48,356 nt of DNA from Dimargaris cristalligena (Eukaryota). The notes below the pieces were generated by a model. That model made no database searches and was not told the origin of the DNA. It saw only the letters and a program-made list of their open reading frames with translations. Below are positions 26,153 to 37,233 of the stretch, piece after piece (the stretch's first letter is position 1; each line of letters starts with the position of its first letter). Made by a program: the position numbers and the translations under genes. The stretch is from NCBI GenBank assembly GCA_003614675.1, contig ML002208.1, forward strand, positions 62,001-110,356, given 5' to 3'.

Positions 26153-27099
26153 GTCGAGGTAAGTATGCAGGTAATGGTCAAACTGAGAAAAGAGTGGACG
26201 AAGGAGCGGGTATACCAAGAAAGTAATAGGAATATAAGAAGATAAGCCAGCTGAAGCTTGGCACCTCTCTTTCTCTATATGCTAAGTTCTCCAAGAAAAG
26301 TTGAGTAGCGTAGGTTACTAATAAACAGGGTAAATGATATATAACTACAGGTCATCCCACCGTAATTATGCTCACCTAAGTGCCCAATGCTAAACCATTG
26401 TATCTTTCCACACCAAGGGGCCACGCCCCGTTCTCTCACCCACTTACTTGCTGTGGGCTTCATAAGTATTGGCAGTCGAATCAGGTGGGTCGCACCGCCA
26501 AGACCATCACCACTGTTGCGGTGTTCGGAGGAAGGCGCAGGTAAAACCATTTCACAATACAATCAGGCAAACAAGAGAGTGTTCAGTAGTTACAGGCTAT
26601 GGTAGGCCACGCTTATGATTACATATAAAGAGGTTTATACATTGAGTTGAGGGAAATGGCCAAATGAAAACCTAAACAACAATTAGGATATCGGGGATAG
26701 AAAGCTAAGAGGGTATATGGACTAGACTTGCGATAGTAAGGATTGGGAATTGAAGACAAGCAAAATACTGAGCGAGTAACGGGGAAAAGTAGACTACACA
26801 AGAGGGTGGTAATGATGGTTGAGAGAAAGAGGGCCACACATAAGGTGTAATGCCCGCCAAAATATAAATAAATGACAATATGGCAAACGGAGAGCGCACG
26901 AGGATGGAGCGACCGTCTATGTGACTAGCCAATTAAATCCCGTAACGGAGAGACCTTGTTCGAATGGATGAGCAAGGCGCGGACTTATTCGGAACGGAAA
27001 AGAAACCCTCGTGTTGTCCGTTTATGATTGCGTGAGGGCTAGAGCCGGGTTGGGGAACAGCGGTTGAAACCAGGCCATCCGCATCTATAATCGGTCTTT

Positions 27100-28518
27100 T
27101 CACTGGGCAGGGGTGCCGCCATGGTTATTTTGGCTCGCCAGTCCAGACGCAACCTGCTGGTTCCACGACAGATACGTGTGGTCACCCAATTTGCGGGGCC
27201 GGTAGATATGGCGGGCGGTGAACAGGCAACCCAAAACCACACAAAGGACACCCACTACAATGTAGGCAATGCCCAGGAACGGATTCTTACCCCCCATGAA
27301 AGACACGGTGGAAATGACAATAGACTTGGACCCGCCGAACGATAGCACGTCGTAGTTGTTTTCAATGACCATTTCGTAGATACCGCTCCGCATGGTGGCT
27401 CCGTCGTTACGCCCGTACAGCTTACGGAACGTAGGCAAACCGGCCGTCCGCATCCAGACCTGGAACCGTTCGTCGGTGGACAGGTCCGGTGGCGGGTGCT
27501 CGCTAGTGTATACGCCGTCGGGGAACCGCTGCAGCCAGTTGGGCGGGGGCACAATCTCGTCCATGTTATAGTCCGTTTTGCCGTACTTCTGCTTATCCGA
27601 AGGCCAGGTAATACCCTGGGCCGAGAACGGGTAAACTACGCTGTCCGAGGTGGTGTTGGTCGGGTTCTGTAGAACAGGGTCGTGCATAGTGTCATTGAAC
27701 ATGGAGTTGGCGATAAGCCCGCACGGGTAGATGATTTTTTCGACCCCATTCACAGTCGTGGTGGAAAGAGGGGAGCACCCCGAGCGAGAGCTCTTGTTAA
27801 GCGTGCTTGCGGAAACGGCTTCGCCGCGCAGCTGATTGGCGTCCAAGCTCTTGACGTAGCGACGGTGGTTTTGGTAGAAGTTGGACAGTTTGTAGTAGAG
27901 GAACACGGGGGGTTTCAGGTCCGATGGCAGGGAGAACTGCACGGTGCACTGGTTGTTGTCGTATTTATACTGGGGAATCTGCTCCATTTGGCCATTGCTG
28001 GCCCCGGAGACACGGATGCTGTAGTCGGTTGACGGGACGCTGACATAGGTGGTACCGGCTTTGGAACAGCCGGTGTAGTCGATAATAATCTCATTGACGC
28101 TGTCACTGGCCCAGAGCAGCACACCGCCGAGGGGAGCGAAAATGATACCGATGATAAAAAAGGTGGGGAGGACGGTCTTGGGGGTCAACAGGGGCTGCCA
28201 GGCCTTGAGGCGTTGCTGTTTGAACGCCGTATCTATTACGTAAACAACCAGGATAGAGTGTAGAGAAGAATTGAGGGAAAGTGAGCATCGTAATTTGTAC
28301 AGGCGCCAGGCTTACGCCTGATGAAGAGTAAAGGGTCGGCCATCAAAACAAAGTAGAGAGGGGAGGGGCGAAAGGAAGGGAACCCGTGGGCCAAGGCTGT
28401 AATGGTATAACGACAAGGCCTACCAATCGGCCTAGGTTGGTAGGGAAGGGGGAATAGTAGCAATATTGAACTTACTGGCCGGCTTCTTTGATTTGGTCTC
28501 GGTAGTGCTCGGAGACAT
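27100..28518 (-). CDS. CDC50: CDC50/LEM3 family P4-ATPase flippase beta subunit, about 391 aa; exons 28518-28476, 28232-27100
   Basis: The spliced N-terminus gives the conserved KKPANTAFKQQRLKAWQPLLTP. Also YYKLSNFYQNHRRYVKS, PCGLIANSMFND, VWMRTAGLPTFRKLY, GGKNPFLGIAY and RKLGDHTYLSWN; two TM helices. Confidence 0.96.
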
Positions 28519-29376
28519 TAGAGAGTGGGATGGAGGTTTGGAATAGGAGAAAGAGGGTCTACCAAGCAGGAGGTTCCCAGTGGGGGAGATGGAGCAATGC
28601 AGAGATAGAAGCAAGCGGGCTTTATATTTTAATAAATAAAAACAGGGTGGGTATAGGAGAAGTCGAGTAAACCGGAGAGGTGAACTAATGGATGGAGCAG
28701 ATGGTAAGTAATGGTAAAATAGGAAATAACCGCTTCGGGCCAAGAAAAATGGGAAACGTAAGGGAGTAATCAACCCAGCCAAGTATACAGAATAAAAAGA
28801 GTGGAAAGGAAAGGGAATGCTAAGAAGGAGAGGAAAATATTAGTAGTAGTAGTTCAAAATAATATTCCTCTTTGTCTAGTACGCCCACAGTCTGGGCTGG
28901 CTTGACTACGAATAACACACGGCCGCGCAAACGGACTCTTCTATTCGCGTAGGAGTAGAAAAGCCAACGTCACCCTCTAATTCAACAGTGCCATATACGG
29001 CGGAGAGTGGTAAGCCAAGAAGACCCTTTTCTCTCTCAATCCCCCCCCATGTACACCTTATACATATGTATATAATATATGCCCAATGATATACACGCTT
29101 CCTATTTGTTGCGACGCGCCGCTTTGACTGTGCTTAGTCCCTCCCAACCCCCCAAAACGCACGAATCAGCCCAAAGTCTATTAACAAAGGACTCGTCAAC
29201 TCATATCTATTAATTATATAACCTGGGGGGGGCAAGGTGGGTGCCATAAAAAATACTGGGCAGTATAGGGTGAGATGCTATTTATACACATACAATACGC
29301 TAAATAATTAATCGCGGGTTATTGGTTGGATGGGGGTTAGAGGTACACGTGCTCTATAGAAATAGGCGGATTAAAA

Positions 29377-29390
29377 GGGGGGGGGGGGGG
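29377..29390. repeat. G14 homopolymer (C14 in the MIF2 3' region)
   Basis: Directly visible. Confidence 0.9.
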
Positions 29391-29431
29391 CTATCAGTGC
29401 ATCTTCGAGATACAGGCAGACTCTTCGAAGG

Positions 29432-32355
29432 CTAGTTCTCCTGCCAAGCCACGCAGGTGAAAAACAACCGGGCCTCATTTGAAGAAAGATTGGTAATTTT
29501 ATAGTTATTGCCTAGGCATGCAAATTGGGGTGTTTGTGGTGTTAAAGTAGTAATAGTTACGGGATATAAATTAGTTGGGCTCAACAGTTAGTCTGGTTGG
29601 ATAATTTCGAACATATTTTCGGTGTAACGGGTCAGATATGCGGGACATGGGTTTCTCAGATAATTAGAGGCAACCGAGTGTGTAAGTGATTCGGGAATTA
29701 TACATATGGGTGACATTCAAACCAGCTGTATAGGGTTTTACATAATACATGTATGGGTGAATATGCGGGAGAATAGCTTTTAACCAGCAATATTGGCCTC
29801 ATCCAATGGATTTTTCATTTTACAGCCTGAATGAACTTCTCCCATATTAACTTACCTTGGGGTGCCATAAATTGCCCCCCAGGACCCACATGGAAAGTGT
29901 TGAAGGCGATTGAAACTTCGCAAATTCCCGAAATGACGTAAAAGATCTGACATTAAATACGACCAAAGTATGGGGAGTAAATTCGACGTTCGAGCCGGGC
30001 ATATGGTTAGCCCTCTTATATGTTTACCCTAGTGGGTTCATTCGGGCAAATTCAATTTACAAGAACAGCTGCAAAAGACTGGTTGATTAGAACTGTATAT
30101 CAATTCAATAACCAGTGTAACTCTCTACTTACCATGGAGTTATTCGGCATCTCTTGGGTAGGCCGTTTGCCTAGGGGTGGGATCTGTAAAAATCCGGAAT
30201 GGAAAGCAGACGTCTCTTCTAGGCACTTGGTCTCTTGGACCGTAGTAGTCGGTACCAGTGGGTCTGCACTCAAGGCAAGTGCTATAGTGAATTCACAGAA
30301 ATAGTATTCCAAGCGGCAAATGAAGACTCAGCATTGTAAATAAGAGTATTCATGGATCCCATTCGATGAATGATGGATGTCTCGGGGGATGGGAAATATC
30401 CACAAACGCCCCAAACCATTCCTTCCACGGGAAATGTGAAAAACAGCAACGATGGTTGCTCCATAGTAAAAGCAGCAGAAGGTACTTACTTTTTTCGCCG
30501 ATATTTTGAGTTTGATAGTCAAGCACATAGCCCTTATTGGACGAGATGGGTAGGGGGGCGTCGGCTGAGGTACCTGGTTCGCCAGGCAATGCCGACTGAG
30601 TAGTAGTCGACAGGTATTGTGATCGAGATGGTATCAATTTTTTCGCATGAACTGGCTGACTGGCTGGGCTGTCGGGACTCGTGGTCCGCGGGCGTTTTGA
30701 TGTAATCGAAGAGGGTAAAATATCGGCAGGTTCACAGCCAGGAACAGTATTGGGGTTGGGTGGTGGTGAATCATAGGCCATGGTGGGATCGCAGCCCGAA
30801 TCGGCAGGGGACAAAGTGCCAGTCGGTGAGATGTGCGATTGTTTAGGGGGGGATAGAGAGCCGAGTATTCGTCGTATAGGTGCAGGTGTTTCCGGATACA
30901 GGTCGATTGGTTTACGTGTCGCCCCGACTAGATTAATCATTCCGTCATCACAAAATGACCCCTCGGGCGGGCTACCCAATGGGGTAGGCCGAGGCTGGCG
31001 GTGGTTGGCATTATCGGGATAGGCAGTATTATGATGGTCAGCGAAAGGCCTGGGGGGATCCGGCAGCGGATATGCTATGGCCCCCGGTGAATGTTTAGGA
31101 TCATGGTGTGTTAGTTCCTCTAAAGATGAGGATGGGGCCACCGAGCTTGGCTTAGTGGTGTTCATGGAAGGAAGCTGATCGGATTTATAATCCAGGCCAA
31201 CATTACGAAGGCGCTCTACGTGGGGGGTTTTACGTTCCCTTCCAGCTGCAGTAACACTGGTTTGTCGCCGGGACGAACCATGGGCCACCGTTGGTGGTGG
31301 ATTAGTGGAGTCCGACGTTGGCTTGATGGAATAGGCGAATTTGGCGGGGGCTATTAATATAGGCGCAGTTATAGTTAATATTCCAGGACGTAAACAGGGG
31401 GTCAGTGGTCGGAAGTGAGCGGTAATTGCAATTATTGGCTGGTAGTGGCACCCAATTGCGTCAAGGAAAATGGCACCAGAATCAGTGAAGGTGAATAGCT
31501 GTATCCGCCATTTACGCGGGGAATAAAAGTCGTGAATAATTTAAATAGTCGGAAACGGGATTTCCAAAACCTACCGATTTGCGGCTTTTTTATCCGGCCT
31601 AGTTTTAGATTCTTGGCATGTGTAAAGGTCGATAGGGTTCGCCGGCGGGAATCTTGAGCAACGGGAGGGTGTGTTGGACTGGGCTCTTTTGGCTGAGAAG
31701 GGCGGGCGGGTTTAGAGGCTGGCGAAGCAAAGGCCGTCGTAAAGTCGATGTGTTTGCGGACTGATTCGAGATCTTTAATATCCAGCATGTTAGCCGCCTG
31801 GGCCTCGGCCAGATCTTCGATAGGACTTGGGACATACTTGGCCGTCCCGACGGTGGGAGGCAGGGATGGGAGTGGGGGCGGGCATGGGGAATTGGAGGCC
31901 GACTCTGGCGATGCTGCGTCATAGCCTGTAGCGGCAGGTGAGTCGGTGTCGGAAGGAGCGGGTGGGGGTGAATCCACGGCGGCATTGAGGACATCGGGGG
32001 ACGCAAAACACGGGGAACGGACCTTGGCCGGGGACTGGTTTAAAGGACTTGCTGGGTCTGAAGAGCGGACGGGCTTCGCGGGGCTCAAGTCACGAACCAG
32101 CCTGGGTACCTGCTGGTGCGGGTTGGTCATCTGGACAGGCATGCGCGAGGCGGCACTGGGTTTAGCGGGGGGATTCTTCTTCGACTTGGGGTCGGCTGGC
32201 AAAGTAGCGTCCCGAAAGAAGGCATCGATGTTGTCCAAACCATCGTCGTCTTTGGCCACGGGCTTGCTGATGTGGATACCCGTTTTGCGGCCGCGTACGC
32301 CCACTTCGACGGGGTTATTGCTGGCCCAGACGGACGCCTTGTTTGACGGTTGCAT
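29432..32355 (-). CDS. MIF2: Inner kinetochore protein Mif2/Cnp3/CENP-C, about 653 aa; exons 32355-31575, 31350-30490, 30281-30133, 29946-29856, 29511-29432
   Basis: N-terminal VGVRGRKTGIHISKPVAKDDDGLDNIDAFF matches the Mif2/Cnp3 N motif. The spliced C-terminus FHSGFLQIPPLGKRPTQEMPNNSMIFYVISGICEVSIAFNTFHVGPGGQFMAPQGNNYKITNLSSNEARLFF is the CENP-C cupin domain. Four GT-AG introns, all phases consistent. Confidence 0.9.
29704..29847 (-). mobile_element. 144-bp MITE-like element, copy 2, inside MIF2 intron 4
   Basis: About 90% identical to 13084-13227; imperfect TIRs (21/29). Intron 4 is 344 nt, or 200 nt without the element, matching the other MIF2 introns (186-224 nt). Confidence 0.75.
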
Positions 32356-34718
32356 AGTAGGCGAGGAGAGAGGGTCAACTGCTGGAAAACGGAAGACAAG
32401 ACAGGTGCCCAATTCAAAGAAACGCGAATGTCGCACACCGGTCAATTGAAGTGTGAAGAAGGAAAGGGCTACACCAACTGGGCTAATTAGAGGGGCAAAC
32501 GGAGAGTCGGGGCTTGGCCAAGGCTATTTTTGGGAGACCACAACACTTGATTATATGCAATCCGTTTTTTTTGGTGGGGGGGATAATGTTATAGGTGGTC
32601 GTGGTTGTGGTTGCCATCCAGACGCATATAGTGGATGAATGCACAGTGGTGTACTTAGGGTTCGCCAATGAAATGGCCCATGTCTAGACCGAAAGTGGAA
32701 GAATGACCAAATGAAATGTAAACAATATTTTCCGACTAGCTAAGCCTTTCTAAAACTATAAACAGAGTGCTTTACCCGCGTCGTGATTGGCAGAGACAGT
32801 AGTATAGTTCTCTGGCTACAGGGGAGAAAAGAGGGCGGACAATAGAATAGCCAAGTCGAGCCCGAAATAGCGAAGATTGGCCGCCACCCAACCAGCGCCT
32901 CAGGTCGGAAAGTCACTTGATAAGAGAACCTTCCCGCAGCGCCCACGATGCAGAGAGGAGAGGGTTCCCCACTTTATCAGTCAGTCTGCGACTCCCTCAC
33001 TCCGCTGGAGCGACACACTATTGTTGGTGATCGGAGTCAGAAGAGTCCATACGTTCTACTGGTAACCCTCCCGAATTATACTATCCTACAGCCAGCGGCG
33101 AATAGGTGCACCAGCCAACCAACCATCCAATCCCTCGGGGCCTATAGCCCACCCGCAGAATACGCCATGACGAAACGACTCTATTCTATTGTTCTCTTAT
33201 CCCTTGGGTACTCTACTCGACAACGTCGTAAAAGGCCGGCTTCGTTGAAGACACGGCATCGGGGTATGAACTGAGCACCGCCAATGGGGCTGGTGGCGCC
33301 GAAGTCCCGGACTATCCTAGAACGCGGGGCCCCGTTCTACGCTGGGAGGAGCTATATATGCGCATAGATGCCCCATTTGGACCTTTTTTGCACTACCGTC
33401 TTGTGTCTGAGCGGTTCCACTCATCTCAACACCGCTGCGCTATTCCTTTCTGTCCTCTCCCTTTTCCTTCCCGTATCCTCTTATTTTTCTTCTCTATTCT
33501 TCCAGTTGCTAGCCGACTGTCCGCCATTTCTTAGTTATATCCCCGCTACTTCCTCTTATTATAACTTACCATCCCGTTCCTATTCTGCTCGACGCAGCCT
33601 CGTTTCCGTTTTTACGAACTACCACTACCACCACCACCACTTCGCTTATTCCCCCTTAGTCTAGTTCGTCTCCAAGGGGAGGCTGATGCTCATTGCTTGA
33701 TTTGCCCTGTCTATGTCACTTGTACCTTGGTCTATTATCCAAGTTTCCGCTCTTTCGGGTCGCCGCTTTACACCCCTGACCCCCGTCCGCTCTTTATATC
33801 CCTACCGCCCACCAGGTTCCCTCCCCCGCTGAGCCAAAGTTCTCCAGCGCTAGTCGGTAAGCAGACACCTCTCTCTATTTTATCCTCTCTCCCCCTCCTT
33901 TCCCCCGTCACTAGCGTGTCTTTGTATTTCGTATCGGACTATTTATCGCTCAGCCGCTCTTTGTGGCCTTTGTCAGCTCGAGTATTGACGTTCCCCCTAC
34001 CCCTGAGCCTGTCCCTCACTCCTTGGGTCTACCCCCTTCTCTCGCCTAAGTGTTGTGTTGGTGGTTGTTGCCCTATTTTTCTATATGCACTTCCTTCCCG
34101 TCCCCCTCCCATACCTACTTCCTTCTTCTCTGCGTAACCCGTTGCTGGTCTTTATCCCTTTTTATACTCCCCTATTATTATCCCCAGTCCAGCAAGAAGG
34201 ACTGGAATGCGCTATACTTAACCCCCCCTCCCCTGGTTAAGTCCATGCTTAATCTCTATCCCTCCAACTACTCTATCTCTCTATACTAACCTCCACCTGT
34301 ACCTACTACTCTTTTTGCGGTGTGTCTTTTTTTCACCATTTCCCCTCTACTGCTCGACGCATACTTTTTATCTACCTAGAACTGATATTTCCCCCCTTTC
34401 TCCCGACCCTCCCCCAGCGCCAATCGCGGGTCCACGAGGTATAGTGGTCCCGCCTAAGCTATCCTTTCTTTGGGTTGCCCCTCTATGCGCCGGCCCCTGT
34501 CTCCCAGCCTCCCTTTTCCCTGTGCGCTTGCCTGTTCCTCTGCCCCGTCTCCGACCCCGCCACCAAACTCCGCCGACGCAACCCCCATTTGAATAGTCAA
34601 TCGTGGTTAACCGCAACTCATCCACTTCCCCGCTATTTCGCCGACTGTCGGCTCCATCTCCTACTCCCCTCCCCATTCCTAACCCATCTACCGCCGTCGC
34701 CTAGTCCCTGTCGTCAGT

Positions 34719-36129
34719 ATGGGTGTAATTTCCCGCTGGAAGGCCTCTATAGTAAGTATACCTTAATATATTATTAAAAAATAACAAACTTTCCTCAGCG
34801 CAGCCCTGTATAGCCTTCCTAGTGCCATCTATCGGCTAAATCTGCCCCAACTCGCCGGTTCGGCTCCCCCTGGATTGCTTACCTAATGCAGTTCCCGGGC
34901 TATTCACAATTTCAGATGCATGGCCACCCGCAGCTAAGACCTCTTCATGCTAACCTAACCTGCTATACACCATCTGCTCTTCCGTATATGCTGACCAATT
35001 TTAGACGGAGGCCTATACCACTGGGGATACCAAATGGGTTCGGATATCCATCATAACTACATTTGCCCAATGTATCGCCCTATCGATTCTTGAAATCGTC
35101 CTTATCATCCTTCACGAACAGGAGCTATCAACCTTAAAGGCCACTACTCAGAGATCCAGTGCGAATCCAACCCGTCAGATCAACGCCGCCATCAAAAACG
35201 CCGACGCTATTGTGGTTTACTTTGCCCTCTATATCGCTGCCCAACTCTTTCAGGTCTATCTGTGTCTCAATGCTACTTACAACAAGAATACGATCCAGGT
35301 GATCGCCCTCGCTGTATTTAATTTCTGTCTCTTTGGTTACTCCATCGTTCAAGTGTTCCAACGTGAAAAATCCATCAGCGCTATTGTGGATCTTCTACCC
35401 GATTCGACGATTGCCGAAACCTCCAAACTGTCTCTGCCCAAGACCTTTGGCTACGTAGTCATATCCCTAGCAGCCGTATTCGCCCTCGCCCTCATTTTCC
35501 AAGCCTACCGACTCTACCAAGTCTACGGTTGGAGTGTCTACAAGAAAATTGGCGCGGATATGCGCATGCGGCGCATCTATCGCTCGTACCAGATCTTCAT
35601 TGTGTTCCTCAAGGTGGATGTATTCTTCTTTGTCGGTTTCTCGGTGCAATACATCGTGCTGGTCATCATTCCATCCGAGTCCATCGTCGATCTGGTTATC
35701 CACGTGATCGTGTCCCTCTGTATTAGCATTGTCCTACTCTCCGTCGCCTTCATATCGGTGCGTCGTGAGCATCGAGTGGGCATGGTCGTGTTCCTGCTCG
35801 GACTGCTGGGCCTGTTTATCTACTTTATCATCAAACTGTACCAGATCCATAACCCGAGCAGCTTCCTCTACAACTGTGAGCCGGTTTGTCCCAATTACGA
35901 CCTTTCCTGCCGCTCCAACTGTATCGATAAGTTCGGGAGTTCGCGCATCGTATTGTCCATGTTTTTGGTGCTGGATATCCTCTTGGACATAGTCACGGGG
36001 GCTGTTGCCTACATGACCCTTAAAAACTTTGGCAACGGCCTCAAATTCCACTTGACTAAACAGCCCTCATCCATCGGCATGGTCAATTTAGATGGGCAGG
36101 ACCCTAACAAGCGCTGGTCCATTATCTAA
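34719..36129 (+). CDS. Multi-pass membrane protein, UPF0658 (fungal Golgi membrane protein)-like, about 385 aa; exons 34719-34751, 35005-36129
   Basis: MGVISRWKASI|GTAAGT...GCTGAC...TAG|TEAYTTGDTKWVR... joins in frame. About 8 hydrophobic segments. Motifs YFALYIAAQLFQ..NTIQVIAL..FN, LYQVYGWSVYKKIGAD and LKVDVFFFVGFSVQ resemble the UPF0658 family; the family call is from recall. Confidence 0.8.
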
Positions 36130-37233
36130 TGTTCCTCGTTCGGGTCCATCTGTAGGAGGGAAGCAACTGTTGTGTCTCTACTCGAGAAATGACGCCATGA
36201 TTTGGGGTTCGGTGTTGCCTTCATGTGGGCTGGGTGGGTTGAATTGCCTGGATTTTCCATCTTCCACTTGAATCACTGGCTTTCCCGCTTTTCTATTTCT
36301 GACTCGGCCTTTCCTGCTCACTACCACCCCCATCCCCTTCAACCAGGGGCAATCTCCCCATTTCGGGTAGATTATCGTTCCCTTTCTCCCTTTGGTTGTT
36401 TTCGTGGTGTTGCCTGCGACTCTTCCCGCTTCCAGATGTGAGGCCGCTTCAGAGCCCGGAGGGACATTGTACTATGCATCTTGGGCTAATATGTCCTTAG
36501 TCGAGCTATCCCGTCTGACTGAACCCAGGCCTGTCTCGGTATTTTATCCAACACATCCTTGCCCTACTGATATAGGTCGTTTTCTTCTCAATTGCTAATA
36601 GAACTGATTGGTTTTCTGGGCCTATTCGCAAGTCCCCACAATATTGGCCCTGTCTGGCTCGCTGTATCCCGTCATCCATCCTTGAGTATACATATTTTTG
36701 CATAGTCACCCCGTGTGATCCTATCGTTATTCCGCTACTCTATTATACTTATTTTTATCTTATTCCCCCCCCCGTTCTATTCCGTTTCCGATTCTTTAAC
36801 CACTGTACAAGATAGTATCGCTTATCCCCTAATTACACCTTTTCGTTTCCCCCATTATATATACCGCATTCTACGATTTCTTCCCTAATGTACTTTCCGT
36901 CTCTTTCCGTTGCTCTCTCTCTCTATATATCTAAAAAACCTTTCCATTACACGCGGTATCTCTTTATTGGAGTGCCCCAATCATGCCTTTTTACCCTATT
37001 TATATGGTTAGCCGTTAGTTATTTTCAGGGGTATTAAAATTTGTATTACCCTGAACACCCCATCCTGTCTCTTTAGTTATAGTCTCTTAAGAAATGCATG
37101 TCGAAAAGTGTCGGAAGGATTGGCAACTAGTGCCACTCCAATACTCCGTGTTTTATACACAAAAATAAACGAGTTCTACCTAGTAACGCTATTGACTATC
37201 CAGGACCCCCGAGTGGGCCGGTATAGTATAGTA

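Noticed and set aside
29704-29847. Intronic H/ACA or C/D snoRNA reading of the 144-bp repeat
   Set aside because: No properly placed boxes, too close to the donor, has terminal inverted repeats and an intergenic twin; a MITE fits better, though Rfam was not run.
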